Assembly (NCBI RefSeq): GCF_044647545.1
Contig: NZ_CP172818.1
DNA from: Escherichia coli
Lineage (GTDB): Bacteria; Pseudomonadota; Gammaproteobacteria; Enterobacterales; Enterobacteriaceae
Direction: 5' to 3' (one strand)
Length of the DNA: 64,000 bases
In this document: positions 11,296-32,609 of the stretch, piece after piece
How positions within the stretch are numbered: the stretch's first letter is position 1
Layout: each line of letters begins with the position of its first letter
The notes under the pieces: generated by a model
Databases searched by the model: none
Seen by the model: only the letters and a program-made list of their open reading frames with translations
What the model was told of the DNA's origin: nothing
Made by a program: the position numbers and the translations under genes

Positions 11296-12885
11296 TTAAT
11301 GGCGGAAGTGGCGCATGTCGGTGAAGAGCATCGCAATACCGTGCTCGTCGGCGGCGGCAATTACTTCGTCATCACGGATAGAACCGCCAGGCTGGATTAC
11401 ACAGGTCACACCCGCAGCGGCGGCGGCATCAATACCGTCGCGGAACGGGAAGAATGCGTCAGAAGCCATCGAGGAACCTTTCACTTCCAGGCCTTCATCG
11501 GCCGCTTTAATACCGGCGATTTTCGCGGAGTACACACGGCTCATCTGGCCTGCGCCAATACCGATGGTCATATTGTTTTTGGCATAGACGATAGCATTGG
11601 ATTTCACGAACTTCGCCACTTTCCAGCAGAACAGCGCATCACGCAGTTCCTGTTCGCTCGGCTGACGTTTGGTGACGACGCGCAGTTCTTCTGCACCGAC
11701 CATCCCCAGGTCTCGATCCTGAACCAGCAGACCGCCGTTCACGCGTTTGAAATCAAGACCCGGAACACGCTCGCCCCACTGACCGCAGGTCAGGACGCGT
11801 ACGTTCTGTTTGGCGGCGGTGATTTTCAGGGCTTCTTCGCTGGCGGACGGCGCAATAATCACTTCAACAAACTGACGAGAAATGATGGCCTGCGCGGTTT
11901 CCGCATCCAGCTCGCGGTTAAAGGCGATAATGCCGCCGAATGCGGAGGTCGGGTCGGTTTTGTACGCGCGATCGTAAGCATCAAGAATGGAATTGCCGAT
12001 AGCCACGCCGCAAGGGTTGGCGTGCTTCACAATCACACATGCCGGCTCGGCGAACTCTTTCACGCACTCCAGCGCCGCATCGGTATCGGCGATGTTGTTA
12101 TAAGAGAGGGCTTTACCCTGAACCTGGGTTGCGGTAGCAACGGAGGCTTCTTTGACATTCTCTTCTATATAGAAGGCAGCCTGCTGGTGGCTGTTCTCGC
12201 CGTAACGCATATCCTGCTTCTTAATGAAGTTCAGGTTCAGCGTGCGTGGGAAGCGACCGGCGGCTTCTTTGCTTTCACCGTGGTAAGCCGGAACCATGCT
12301 GCCGAAGTAGTTGGCAATCATGCTGTCGTAGGCGGCGGTGTGTTCGAAGGCTTTGATGGCAAGGTCAAAGCGAGTTTCCAGAGTCAGGGAGCCTTCATTG
12401 GCATCTATCTCTTTAATAATGGCGTCGTAGTCGCTGCTCTTCACCACGATGGCGACATCTTTATGGTTCTTGGCGGCAGAGCGCACCATCGTTGGGCCGC
12501 CGATATCGATGTTCTCAACCGCATCTTCCAGCGAGCAACCTTCACGGGCAACGGTCTGGGCGAACGGATACAGGTTAACAACCACCATATCGATAGGCTG
12601 GATCTGATGTTCTTCCATAATGGCATCGTCCTGGCCGCGACGGCCCAGAATGCCACCATGTACTTTCGGATGCAGGGTCTTCACGCGTCCATCCATCATC
12701 TCCGGGAAACCGGTGTAATCGGAAACTTCGGTTACCGGCAGACCTTTTTCTGCTAACAGACGGGCTGTGCCCCCTGTAGACAGCAGCTCCACACCGCGTG
12801 CGGAAAGTGCCTGGGCGAATTCGACGATACCGGCTTTGTCAGAAACACTGAGCAGAGCGCGGCGGACTGGACGACGTTGTTGCAT
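11296..12885 (-). CDS. purH: Bifunctional AICAR transformylase / IMP cyclohydrolase
   Basis: 529-aa [44 protein letters not shown]... Confidence 0.95.
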   Translation of the reverse strand: MQQRRPVRRALLSVSDKAGIVEFAQALSARGVELLSTGGTARLLAEKGLPVTEVSDYTGFPEMMDGRVKTLHPKVHGGILGRRGQDDAIMEEHQIQPIDMVVVNLYPFAQTVAREGCSLEDAVENIDIGGPTMVRSAAKNHKDVAIVVKSSDYDAIIKEIDANEGSLTLETRFDLAIKAFEHTAAYDSMIANYFGSMVPAYHGESKEAAGRFPRTLNLNFIKKQDMRYGENSHQQAAFYIEENVKEASVATATQVQGKALSYNNIADTDAALECVKEFAEPACVIVKHANPCGVAIGNSILDAYDRAYKTDPTSAFGGIIAFNRELDAETAQAIISRQFVEVIIAPSASEEALKITAAKQNVRVLTCGQWGERVPGLDFKRVNGGLLVQDRDLGMVGAEELRVVTKRQPSEQELRDALFCWKVAKFVKSNAIVYAKNNMTIGIGAGQMSRVYSAKIAGIKAADEGLEVKGSSMASDAFFPFRDGIDAAAAAGVTCVIQPGGSIRDDEVIAAADEHGIAMLFTDMRHFRH

Positions 12886-12992
12886 GGTAAATCCCCTGGA
12901 TTTGACTATTACAGAGAGCGTTAGCTGAATTTTTCGCGAAAAACTCAGCTAACGCCCCTAACGGGGCATCCTTATTTTTCGCCCGCATTGTA

Positions 12993-13008
12993 ACGAAAAC
13001 GTTTGCGC
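12993..13008. promoter_or_regulatory. PurR operator (PUR box) of the purHD operon
   Basis: ACGAAAACGTTTGCGC; its reverse complement GCGCAAACGTTTTCGT matches the 16-bp palindromic PurR box, about 110 bp upstream of purH. Confidence 0.7.
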
Positions 13009-13180
13009 AACGCTCGCGAATTTTTCTCTTTCAATGGTGATCAAAATTTTGACAGTGGTTACCGTGGGAAAAATACAGAAATTACATTGATGATTGTGGA
13101 TAACTCTGTGCGTAAAAAGGTATAAAGCGGGGTTTTGCTGGGGAATGCAGCAGTCAGTCATTTTTCTGCAATTTTTCTAT

Positions 13181-13208
13181 TGCGGCCTGCGGAGAACTCC
13201 CTATAATG
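13181..13208 (+). promoter_or_regulatory. rRNA operon promoter P1
   Basis: TTGCGG, 16-bp spacer, TATAAT, then GC-rich discriminator GCGCC. Confidence 0.65.
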
Positions 13209-13289
13209 CGCCTCCATTGACACGGCGGATGTGAATCACTTCACACAAACAGCCGGTTCGGTTGAAGAGAAAAATCCTGAAATTCAGGG

Positions 13290-13318
13290 TTGACTCTGAA
13301 AGAGGAAAGCGTAATATA
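13290..13318 (+). promoter_or_regulatory. rRNA operon promoter P2
   Basis: TTGACT, 17-bp spacer, TAATAT. Confidence 0.6.
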
Positions 13319-13357
13319 CGCCACCTCGCGACAGTGAGCTGAAAGCCGCGTCGCAAC

Positions 13358-13370
13358 TGCTCTTTAACAA
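13358..13370 (+). promoter_or_regulatory. boxA antitermination element in the rRNA leader
   Basis: TGCTCTTTAACAA matches the rrn boxA consensus. Confidence 0.8.
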
Positions 13371-13501
13371 TTTATCAGACAATCTGTGTGGGCACTCGAA
13401 GATACGGATTCTTAACGTCGCAAGACGAAAAATGAATACCAAGTCTCAAGAGTGAACACGTAATTCATTACGAAGTTTAATTCTTTGAGCATCAAACTTT
13501 T

Positions 13502-15043
<1,542 letters not shown>

Positions 15044-15128
15044 CCTTAAAGAAGCGTACTTTGAAGTGCTCACACAGATTGTCTGATAGAAAGTGAAAAG
15101 CAAGGCGTCTTGCGAAGCAGACTGATAC

Positions 15129-15204
15129 GTCCCCTTCGTCTAGAGGCCCAGGACACCGCCCTTTCACGGCGGTAACAGGGGTTCGAATCCCCTAGGGGAC
15201 GCCA
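15129..15204 (+). tRNA. gltV: tRNA-Glu (UUC) in the 16S-23S spacer
   Basis: GTCCCCTTCGTCTAGAGGCCCAGGACACCGCCCTTTCACGGCGGTAACAGGGGTTCGAATCCCCTAGGGGACGCCA. Confidence 0.95.
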
Positions 15205-15399
15205 CTTGCTGGTTTGTGAGTGAAAGTCACCTGCCTTAATATCTCAAAACTCATCTTCGGGTGACGTTTGAGATATTTGCTCTTTAAAAATCTGGATCAA
15301 GCTGAAAATTGAAACACTGAATAGTCGAAAGATTATTCGTGAGTCTCTCAAATTTTCGCAACACGATGATGAATCGAAAGAAACATCTTCGGGTTGTGA

Positions 15400-18303
<2,904 letters not shown>

Positions 18304-18395
18304 ACAACGCCGAAGGTGTTTTGGCGGATTGAGAGAAGATTTTCAGCCTGATACAGATTAAATCAGAACGCAGAAGCGGTCTGATAAACAGAATT

Positions 18396-18515
18396 TGCCT
18401 GGCGGCCTTAGCGCGGTGGTCCCACCTGACCCCATGCCGAACTCAGAAGTGAAACGCCGTAGCGCCGATGGTAGTGTGGGGTCTCCCCATGCGAGAGTAG
18501 GGAACTGCCAGGCAT
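18396..18515 (+). rRNA. rrfE: 5S ribosomal RNA
   Basis: TGCCTGGCGGCCTTAGCGCGGTGGTCCCACCTGACCCCATGCCGAACTCAGAAGTGAAACGCCGTAGCGCCGATGGTAGTGTGGGGTCTCCCCATGCGAGAGTAGGGAACTGCCAGGCAT; 120 nt. Confidence 0.95.
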
Positions 18516-18602
18516 CAAATTTAGCAGAAGCCCTGCGCTGGCGCACGCTCCAGCTTCACCGCGCGATAGCACTCGATAGGCGGTCGCACTTACCAGGCCA
18601 GC

Positions 18603-19046
18603 TTATTCCCCCACATATGCCAGATTCAGCAATGGATACGGTTTCCCCAAATCGTCCACCTCAGAGCGTCCCGTAACCTTAAAACCCATCTTCTTATAGA
18701 ACCCAACAGCCTGCTTATTTTGCTCATTAACATTGGTTGTCAGTTCCGGTGCCATCGAGAGCGCATGTTCCACCAGCATCCGGCCCACGCCACAACCGCG
18801 CGCATCAGGATCGACAAAAAGCGCATCCATATGCTGCCCACTTAACAACATAAACCCAACCAGCCGATCCCGCTCATTAACCGCGACCCACAACGGCGCT
18901 TCCGGCAAGAAGGAACGAACTAGCTCCTCCAGCTCGGCCCGATACTCTGCTGATAAAAAATCGTGAGTGGCATCGACAGAACGACACCAAATCGCAACGA
19001 GTTCCTCCCCTTCCTCATGCCGTGAGCGGCGAATACTAATAACCAT
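18603..19046 (-). CDS. yjaB: GNAT-family N-acetyltransferase YjaB
   Basis: 147-aa ORF MVISIRRSRHEEGEELVAIWCRSVDATHDFLSAEYRAELE... Confidence 0.9.
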   Translation of the reverse strand: MVISIRRSRHEEGEELVAIWCRSVDATHDFLSAEYRAELEELVRSFLPEAPLWVAVNERDRLVGFMLLSGQHMDALFVDPDARGCGVGRMLVEHALSMAPELTTNVNEQNKQAVGFYKKMGFKVTGRSEVDDLGKPYPLLNLAYVGE

Positions 19047-19144
19047 TTTCTCTCCTTTTCGTCATTCTTATATTCTAACGTAGCCTTTTCCTTGAAACTT
19101 TCTCACCTTCAACATGCAGACTCGACATTGGCAAATTTTCTGGT

Positions 19145-19190
19145 TATCTTCAGCTATCTGGATGTCTAAACGTATAAGCGTATGTAGTGA
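19145..19190. promoter_or_regulatory. metA promoter region with MetJ operator (met-box repeats)
   Basis: Tandem 8-bp repeats resembling AGACGTCT (GGATGTCT AAACGTAT AAGCGTAT) immediately upstream of metA. Confidence 0.5.
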
Positions 19191-19202
19191 GGTAATCAGG
19201 TT

Positions 19203-20132
19203 ATGCCGATTCGTGTGCCGGACGAGCTACCCGCCGTCAATTTCTTGCGTGAAGAAAACGTCTTTGTGATGACAACTTCTCGTGCGTCTGGTCAGGAAAT
19301 TCGTCCGCTAAAGGTACTTATCCTTAACCTGATGCCGAAGAAGATCGAAACTGAAAATCAGTTTCTGCGCCTGCTTTCAAACTCACCTTTGCAGGTCGAT
19401 ATTCAGCTGTTGCGCATTGATTCCCGTGAATCGCGCAACACGCCCGCAGAGCATCTGAATAACTTCTACTGTAACTTTGAAGATATTCAGGAACAAAACT
19501 TTGACGGTCTGATAGTTACCGGCGCGCCGCTGGGCCTGGTGGAGTTTAATGATGTCGCTTACTGGCCGCAGATCAAACAGGTGCTGGAGTGGTCGAAAGA
19601 TCACGTCACCTCGACGCTGTTTGTCTGCTGGGCGGTACAGGCCGCGCTAAATATCCTCTACGGCATTCCTAAGCAAACTCGCACCGACAAACTCTCTGGC
19701 GTTTACGAGCATCATATTCTCCATCCTCATGCGCTTCTGACGCGTGGCTTTGATGATTCATTCCTGGCACCGCATTCGCGCTATGCTGACTTTCCGGCAG
19801 CGTTGATTCGTGATTACACCGATCTGGAAATTCTGGCAGAGACGGAAGAAGGGGATGCATATCTGTTTGCCAGCAAAGATAAGCGCATTGCCTTTGTGAC
19901 GGGCCATCCCGAATATGATGCGCAAACGCTGGCGCAGGAATATTTCCGCGATGTGGAAGCCGGACTAGACCCGGAAGTACCGTATAACTATTTCCCGCAC
20001 AATGATCCGCAAAACAAACCGCGAGCGAGCTGGCGTAGTCACGGTAATTTGCTGTTTACCAACTGGCTCAACTATTACGTCTACCAGATCACGCCATACG
20101 ATCTACGGCACATGAATCCAACGCTGGATTAA
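19203..20132 (+). CDS. metA: Homoserine O-succinyltransferase
   Basis: 309-aa [48 protein letters not shown]... Confidence 0.95.
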   Translation: MPIRVPDELPAVNFLREENVFVMTTSRASGQEIRPLKVLILNLMPKKIETENQFLRLLSNSPLQVDIQLLRIDSRESRNTPAEHLNNFYCNFEDIQEQNFDGLIVTGAPLGLVEFNDVAYWPQIKQVLEWSKDHVTSTLFVCWAVQAALNILYGIPKQTRTDKLSGVYEHHILHPHALLTRGFDDSFLAPHSRYADFPAALIRDYTDLEILAETEEGDAYLFASKDKRIAFVTGHPEYDAQTLAQEYFRDVEAGLDPEVPYNYFPHNDPQNKPRASWRSHGNLLFTNWLNYYVYQITPYDLRHMNPTLD

Positions 20133-20176
20133 TCTTCTGTGATAGTCGATCGTTAAGCGATTCAGCACCTTACCTC

Positions 20177-20200
20177 AGGCACCTTCGGGTGCCTTTTTTA
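20177..20200 (+). terminator. Rho-independent terminator after metA
   Basis: AGGCACC-TTCG-GGTGCCT hairpin followed by TTTTTTA. Confidence 0.75.
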
Positions 20201-20259
20201 TTTCCGAAACGCACCTCAGTAGGTGAATAAAATTTATTCATATTGTTATCAATAAGTTA

Positions 20260-20330
20260 TCAAGTATTTTTAATTAAAATGGAAATTGTTTTTGATTTTG
20301 CATTTTAAATGAGTAGTCTTAGTTGTGCTG
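20260..20330 (+). promoter_or_regulatory. aceBAK promoter / IclR operator region
   Basis: AT-rich segment AAATGGAAATTGTTTTTGATTTTGCATTTTAAATGAGTAG upstream of aceB, with GGAAAT half-site-like repeats. Assigned by position; exact site not verified. Confidence 0.4.
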
Positions 20331-20400
20331 AACGAAAAGCGCACAACAATCCTTCGTTCACAGTGGGGAAGTTTTCGGATCCATGACGAGGAGCTGCACG

Positions 20401-22002
20401 ATGACTGAACAGGCAACAACAACCGATGAACTGGCTTTCATAAGGCCGTATGGCGAGCAGGAGAAGCAAATTCTTACTGCCGAAGCGGTAGAATTTCTGA
20501 CTGAGCTGGTGACGCATTTTACGCCACAACGCAATAAACTTCTGGCAGCGCGCATTCAGCAGCAGCAGGATATCGATAACGGAACGTTGCCTGATTTTAT
20601 TTCGGAAACAGCTTCCATTCGTGATGCTGACTGGAAAATTCGTGGTATTCCCGCGGACTTACAAGATCGTCGGGTAGAGATTACCGGCCCGGTTGAGCGC
20701 AAGATGGTGATCAACGCGCTCAACGCCAATGTGAAAGTCTTTATGGCCGATTTCGAAGATTCACTGGCCCCGGACTGGAACAAAGTGATCGATGGGCAAA
20801 TTAACCTGCGCGATGCGGTTAACGGCACCATCAGCTATAGCAATGAAGCAGGCAAAATTTATCAGCTCAAGCCCAATCCAGCGGTTTTGATTTGTCGGGT
20901 ACGCGGTCTGCACTTGCCGGAAAAACATGTCACCTGGCGTGGTGAGGCAATCCCCGGTAGCCTGTTTGATTTTGCGCTCTATTTCTTCCACAACTATCAG
21001 GCACTGTTGGCAAAGGGCAGCGGTCCCTATTTCTATCTGCCGAAAACCCAGTCCTGGCAGGAAGCGGCCTGGTGGAGCGAAGTCTTCAGCTATGCAGAAG
21101 ATCGCTTTAATCTGCCGCGCGGCACCATCAAGGCGACGTTGCTGATTGAAACGCTGCCCGCCGTGTTCCAGATGGATGAAATCCTTCACGCGCTGCGTGA
21201 CCATATTGTTGGTCTGAACTGCGGTCGTTGGGATTACATCTTCAGTTATATCAAAACGCTGAAAAACTATCCCGATCGCGTCCTGCCAGATAGACAGGCA
21301 GTGACGATGGATAAACCCTTCCTGAATGCTTACTCACGCCTGTTGATTAAAACCTGCCATAAACGCGGTGCTTTTGCGATGGGCGGTATGGCGGCATTTA
21401 TTCCGAGCAAAGATGAAGAGCGCAATAACCAGGTGCTCAACAAAGTAAAAGCGGATAAATCGCTGGAAGCTAATAACGGTCACGATGGCACATGGATTGC
21501 CCACCCAGGCCTTGCGGATACGGCAATGGCGGTATTCAACGACATTCTCGGCTCCCGTAAAAATCAGCTTGAAGTGATGCGCGAACAAGACGCGCCGATT
21601 ACTGCCGATCAGCTGCTGGCACCTTGTGATGGTGAACGCACCGAAGAAGGTATGCGCGCCAACATTCGCGTGGCTGTGCAGTACATCGAAGCGTGGATCT
21701 CTGGCAATGGCTGTGTGCCGATTTATGGCCTGATGGAAGATGCGGCGACGGCTGAAATTTCCCGTACCTCAATCTGGCAGTGGATCCATCATCAAAAAAC
21801 GTTGAGCAATGGCAAACCGGTGACTAAAGCCTTGTTCCGCCAGATGCTGGGCGAAGAGATGAAAGTCATTGCCAGCGAACTGGGCGAAGAACGTTTCTCC
21901 CAGGGGCGTTTTGACGATGCCGCACGCTTGATGGAACAGATCACCACTTCCGATGAGTTAATTGATTTCCTGACCCTGCCAGGCTACCGCCTGTTAGCGT
22001 AA
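20401..22002 (+). CDS. aceB: Malate synthase A
   Basis: [40 protein letters not shown]... (533 aa from the ATG at 20401). Confidence 0.95.
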   Translation: MTEQATTTDELAFIRPYGEQEKQILTAEAVEFLTELVTHFTPQRNKLLAARIQQQQDIDNGTLPDFISETASIRDADWKIRGIPADLQDRRVEITGPVERKMVINALNANVKVFMADFEDSLAPDWNKVIDGQINLRDAVNGTISYSNEAGKIYQLKPNPAVLICRVRGLHLPEKHVTWRGEAIPGSLFDFALYFFHNYQALLAKGSGPYFYLPKTQSWQEAAWWSEVFSYAEDRFNLPRGTIKATLLIETLPAVFQMDEILHALRDHIVGLNCGRWDYIFSYIKTLKNYPDRVLPDRQAVTMDKPFLNAYSRLLIKTCHKRGAFAMGGMAAFIPSKDEERNNQVLNKVKADKSLEANNGHDGTWIAHPGLADTAMAVFNDILGSRKNQLEVMREQDAPITADQLLAPCDGERTEEGMRANIRVAVQYIEAWISGNGCVPIYGLMEDAATAEISRTSIWQWIHHQKTLSNGKPVTKALFRQMLGEEMKVIASELGEERFSQGRFDDAARLMEQITTSDELIDFLTLPGYRLLA

Positions 22003-22031
22003 ACCACCACATAACTATGGAGCATCTGCAC

Positions 22032-23336
22032 ATGAAAACCCGTACACAACAAATTGAAGAATTACAGAAAGAGTGGACTCAACCGCGTTGGGAAGGCATT
22101 ACTCGCCCGTACAGCGCGGAAGATGTGGTGAAATTACGCGGTTCAGTCAATCCTGAATGCACGCTGGCGCAACTGGGTGCGGCGAAAATGTGGCGTCTGC
22201 TGCACGGCGAGTCGAAAAAAGGCTACATCAACAGCCTCGGTGCACTGACTGGCGGTCAGGCGCTGCAACAGGCGAAAGCGGGTATTGAAGCAGTCTATCT
22301 GTCGGGATGGCAGGTAGCGGCGGACGCTAACCTGGCGGCCAGCATGTATCCGGATCAGTCGCTCTATCCGGCAAACTCGGTGCCAGCTGTGGTGGAGCGG
22401 ATCAACAACACCTTCCGCCGTGCGGATCAGATCCAATGGTCCGCAGGCATTGAGCCGGGCGATCCGCGCTATGTCGATTACTTCCTGCCGATCGTTGCCG
22501 ATGCGGAAGCCGGTTTTGGCGGTGTCCTGAATGCCTTTGAACTGATGAAAGCGATGATTGAAGCCGGTGCAGCGGCAGTTCACTTCGAAGATCAGCTGGC
22601 ATCAGTGAAGAAATGCGGTCACATGGGCGGCAAAGTTTTAGTGCCAACTCAGGAAGCTATTCAGAAACTGGTCGCGGCGCGTCTGGCAGCTGACGTGACG
22701 GGCGTTCCAACCCTGCTGGTTGCTCGTACCGATGCCGATGCGGCGGATCTGATTACCTCCGATTGCGACCCATATGACAGCGAATTTATTACCGGCGAGC
22801 GTACCAGCGAAGGCTTCTTCCGTACTCATGCAGGTATTGAACAAGCGATCAGCCGTGGCCTGGCGTATGCGCCATATGCTGACCTGGTATGGTGTGAAAC
22901 CTCCACGCCGGATCTGGAACTGGCGCGTCGCTTTGCACAAGCCATCCACGCGAAATATCCGGGCAAACTGCTGGCTTATAACTGCTCGCCGTCGTTCAAC
23001 TGGCAGAAAAACCTCGACGACAAAACTATTGCCAGCTTCCAGCAGCAGCTGTCGGATATGGGCTACAAGTTCCAGTTCATCACCCTGGCAGGCATCCACA
23101 GCATGTGGTTTAACATGTTCGATCTGGCAAACGCCTATGCCCAGGGCGAAGGTATGAAGCACTACGTTGAGAAAGTGCAGCAGCCGGAATTTGCCGCCGC
23201 GAAAGATGGCTATACCTTCGTATCTCACCAGCAGGAAGTGGGTACAGGTTACTTCGATAAAGTGACGACCATTATTCAGGGCGGCACGTCTTCAGTCACC
23301 GCGCTGACCGGCTCCACTGAAGAATCGCAGTTCTAA
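22032..23336 (+). CDS. aceA: Isocitrate lyase
   Basis: [41 protein letters not shown]... (434 aa). Confidence 0.95.
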   Translation: MKTRTQQIEELQKEWTQPRWEGITRPYSAEDVVKLRGSVNPECTLAQLGAAKMWRLLHGESKKGYINSLGALTGGQALQQAKAGIEAVYLSGWQVAADANLAASMYPDQSLYPANSVPAVVERINNTFRRADQIQWSAGIEPGDPRYVDYFLPIVADAEAGFGGVLNAFELMKAMIEAGAAAVHFEDQLASVKKCGHMGGKVLVPTQEAIQKLVAARLAADVTGVPTLLVARTDADAADLITSDCDPYDSEFITGERTSEGFFRTHAGIEQAISRGLAYAPYADLVWCETSTPDLELARRFAQAIHAKYPGKLLAYNCSPSFNWQKNLDDKTIASFQQQLSDMGYKFQFITLAGIHSMWFNMFDLANAYAQGEGMKHYVEKVQQPEFAAAKDGYTFVSHQQEVGTGYFDKVTTIIQGGTSSVTALTGSTEESQF

Positions 23337-23359
23337 GCAACCTACAAACGTTGCTGACT

Positions 23360-23397
23360 GTAGGCCACGGATAAGGCATTTACGCCGCATCCGGCAA
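23360..23397. repeat. REP (repetitive extragenic palindromic) element between aceA and aceK
   Basis: GTAGGCCACGGATAAGGCATTTACGCCGCATCCGGCA. Confidence 0.8.
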
Positions 23398-23423
23398 TTC
23401 TCTGCTCCTGATGAGGGCGCTAA

Positions 23424-25968
<2,545 letters not shown>

Positions 25969-26167
25969 GACAGTCTCCTTTTTCTGTATCGTGGAAATCA
26001 TTTTCATTTTTATTGTTAGCTAATGCAATAGTTGCTGAACTGATCCGATGAGTTAATGTTGAACAAATCTCATGTTGCGTGGTGGTCGCTTTTACCACAG
26101 ATGCGTTTATGCCAGTATGGTTTGTTGAATTTTTATTAAATCTGGGTTGAGCGTGTCGGGAGCAAGT

Positions 26168-29851
<3,684 letters not shown>

Positions 29852-29883
29852 TTCACAAATCTGTCACTTTTCCTTACAACAAA

Positions 29884-29915
29884 CAGGGCGCTCAATGAGT
29901 GCCCTGTCTCTTTAT
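29884..29915 (+). terminator. Rho-independent terminator after metH
   Basis: CAGGGC-GCTCAATGAGT-GCCCTG hairpin followed by TCTCTTTATT. Confidence 0.65.
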
Positions 29916-30070
29916 TAATATGAAACACTTATACTGGAAACAGGCTGGAATAATCTTAGCCGGAAAAACGAATGTCAAAAGGCACAGTAAAGATGCCAGT
30001 CAGCGTGTTTCCGGTCCTTTGGTCATTCAATTGCTTCAGGAACATATAACGATAAGGAGAACCTGAACTC

Positions 30071-31702
30071 GTGTTAACGCTGCTTCACCTGCTTTCTGCC
30101 GTCGCCCTGCTGGTCTGGGGGACTCATATTGTTCGAACCGGCGTAATGCGCGTCTTCGGCGCGCGTCTGCGTACTGTTCTTAGCCGAAGCGTCGAAAAGA
30201 AGCCGCTCGCCTTTTGCGCGGGGATAGGCGTTACCGCACTGGTGCAGAGCAGTAATGCCACCACCATGCTGGTGACCTCGTTTGTCGCTCAGGATCTGGT
30301 AGCCCTCGCACCGGCTCTGGTGATTGTGCTGGGTGCAGATGTCGGGACGGCGCTAATGGCGCGTATTCTCACCTTCGACTTATCCTGGCTGTCACCGTTA
30401 CTTATTTTTATCGGCGTGATTTTTTTCCTCGGACGCAAACAGTCACGCGCCGGGCAACTGGGCCGCGTCGGTATTGGTCTTGGGCTGATTTTGCTGGCGC
30501 TGGAGTTGATTGTGCAGGCCGTAACGCCGATCACCCAGGCAAACGGCGTTCAGGTGATCTTTGCCTCGCTGACCGGCGATATTCTGCTGGATGCGCTGAT
30601 TGGCGCGATGTTCGCCATTATCAGCTACTCCAGCCTTGCTGCTGTACTGCTGACCGCGACTCTGACCGCCGCAGGCATTATCTCCTTCCCCGTGGCGCTC
30701 TGTCTGGTGATTGGTGCTAACCTCGGTTCCGGTCTGCTGGCGATGCTCAACAACAGTGCCGCCAATGCCGCAGCCCGCCGTGTCGCGCTGGGTAGCCTGC
30801 TGTTTAAGCTGGTGGGTAGCCTGATTATCCTGCCGTTTGTTCATTTGCTGGCAGAGACAATGGGGAAGTTGCCATTGCCAAAAGCGGAACTGGTGATCTA
30901 TTTCCACGTCTTCTACAACCTTGTACGCTGCCTGGTCATGTTGCCATTCGTTGACCCGATGGCACGGTTTTGCAAAACGATTATTCGCGATGAACCGGAA
31001 CTGGATACCCAGCTACGGCCTAAACATCTGGATGTCAGCGCGCTGGATACGCCCACGCTTGCTCTGGCGAACGCTGCCCGCGAAACCCTGCGCATTGGCG
31101 ACGCCATGGAACAGATGATGGAAGGGTTGAATAAAGTGATGCACGGCGAGCCACGGCAGGAGAAAGAGCTGCGTAAGCTGGCTGATGATATCAACGTTCT
31201 CTATACCGCCATTAAGCTGTATCTGGCGCGGATGCCAAAAGAAGAGCTGGCGGAGGAAGAGTCGCGCCGCTGGGCGGAGATCATCGAAATGTCGCTCAAC
31301 CTTGAACAGGCCTCCGATATCGTCGAGCGCATGGGGAGCGAAATTGCCGATAAATCGCTGGCAGCACGGCGGGCATTTTCGCTTGATGGCTTGAAGGAAC
31401 TGGATGCGCTCTATGAGCAATTGCTCAGTAATTTAAAACTGGCAATGTCGGTTTTCTTCTCTGGCGATGTTACCAGCGCCCGTCGTTTGCGCCGCAGCAA
31501 GCATCGCTTTCGCATTCTTAATCGCCGTTATTCCCATGCTCACGTCGATCGCCTGCATCAGCAAAACGTGCAAAGCATTGAAACCAGTTCGCTACATTTA
31601 GGCTTACTGGGAGATATGCAGCGTCTGAACTCGCTGTTTTGTTCGGTGGCTTACAGTGTGCTGGAACAGCCGGATGAAGACGAAGGACGGGACGAGTATT
31701 AA
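30071..31702 (+). CDS. yjbB: Na+/phosphate cotransporter-family membrane protein YjbB
   Basis: 543-aa ORF, hydrophobic N-terminal half with a PhoU-like C-terminal domain; synteny. Confidence 0.88.
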   Translation: MLTLLHLLSAVALLVWGTHIVRTGVMRVFGARLRTVLSRSVEKKPLAFCAGIGVTALVQSSNATTMLVTSFVAQDLVALAPALVIVLGADVGTALMARILTFDLSWLSPLLIFIGVIFFLGRKQSRAGQLGRVGIGLGLILLALELIVQAVTPITQANGVQVIFASLTGDILLDALIGAMFAIISYSSLAAVLLTATLTAAGIISFPVALCLVIGANLGSGLLAMLNNSAANAAARRVALGSLLFKLVGSLIILPFVHLLAETMGKLPLPKAELVIYFHVFYNLVRCLVMLPFVDPMARFCKTIIRDEPELDTQLRPKHLDVSALDTPTLALANAARETLRIGDAMEQMMEGLNKVMHGEPRQEKELRKLADDINVLYTAIKLYLARMPKEELAEEESRRWAEIIEMSLNLEQASDIVERMGSEIADKSLAARRAFSLDGLKELDALYEQLLSNLKLAMSVFFSGDVTSARRLRRSKHRFRILNRRYSHAHVDRLHQQNVQSIETSSLHLGLLGDMQRLNSLFCSVAYSVLEQPDEDEGRDEY

Positions 31703-31711
31703 TACCGTGAC

Positions 31712-31785
31712 CCTGTAGGCCTGATAAGACGCGTAAAGCGTCGCATCAGGCACGATGAACAAGATGCCGGATCATGCATCCGGCA
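31712..31785. repeat. REP elements between yjbB and pepE
   Basis: CTGTAGGCCTGATAAGACGCGTAAAGCGTCGCATCAGGCA and GCCGGATCATGCATCCGGC palindromes. Confidence 0.75.
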
Positions 31786-31791
31786 ATTCAT

Positions 31792-32481
31792 TTAAAAACG
31801 GTGACCCGCTTCCAGCGGCACCGCTTCTTCACCAGCCTTAAACACATAAGTGGTGTTCGGGCCACCCAGCGTAGCGTGACCTTTACTCACCGTGATCCAG
31901 TTACCTTCCGGTAGACCAATAATTGTGAGTTCTGGCGCGACGACCAGCAGTTCGCGAATACGCTGCTCACGCGTTTCACCTTTATGGCCTTCCGGCAGCG
32001 CGTTGGTGAAGTGCGGGTTGATTTGCAACGGGAACAGATTCAGCGCATCGAAACCTTGCGGATCGACAATCGGCATATCGTTGGTGGTACGAATGGTTGG
32101 GCAAGCAAGGTTAGCGCCTGCGCTCCAGCCAATATACAGCGCGCCACGTTTCACCACGTCAGTAATTGGTGGCAGCAGCCCGCGCTCGCGGCACTGTTTC
32201 AGCAACTGGAAAGTATTACCGCCGCCGACAATCACGATCTCAGCATTTTCAATCGCGGCAACGGGATCGACAACGCTATGAATACCGGTGACAGAAACAC
32301 CCAGCGGAGCGAGAACCGCAGCCGTTTTCGCTGTGTAATCATCCCAGGTCTGCGTTACGCCAGCGAAAGGAATAAATACCGCTGAACGGCGACCCTGCAA
32401 CTGTTCAGCAATCAGCGGCAGCGCGTGTTCCAGCCAGGCTTTACCCGGCAGCGTCGAGTTACTCAATAAAAGCAGTTCCAT
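31792..32481 (-). CDS. pepE: Dipeptidase E (alpha-aspartyl dipeptidase)
   Basis: 229-aa [45 protein letters not shown]... Confidence 0.95.
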   Translation of the reverse strand: MELLLLSNSTLPGKAWLEHALPLIAEQLQGRRSAVFIPFAGVTQTWDDYTAKTAAVLAPLGVSVTGIHSVVDPVAAIENAEIVIVGGGNTFQLLKQCRERGLLPPITDVVKRGALYIGWSAGANLACPTIRTTNDMPIVDPQGFDALNLFPLQINPHFTNALPEGHKGETREQRIRELLVVAPELTIIGLPEGNWITVSKGHATLGGPNTTYVFKAGEEAVPLEAGHRF

Positions 32482-32609
32482 TACTTCTCCGGTTAGTAAG
32501 AAATCACGGGAGCCATGCTACCACTGTGATTTTAACCGCTTACTGACATGGCTCACGATGTTGCGCATTGCTTCTGGAAAGGATTTCCAGACGCAGGTCA
32601 CGAATTTCC

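Noticed and set aside
10972-12756. 594-aa plus-strand ORF antisense to purH, and 288-aa ORF 10109..10975 antisense to purD
   Set aside because: They lie opposite well-recognised purH and purD coding sequence; long antisense frames are common in GC-rich coding DNA. Translations are Arg/Gly/Ala-rich with no motif.
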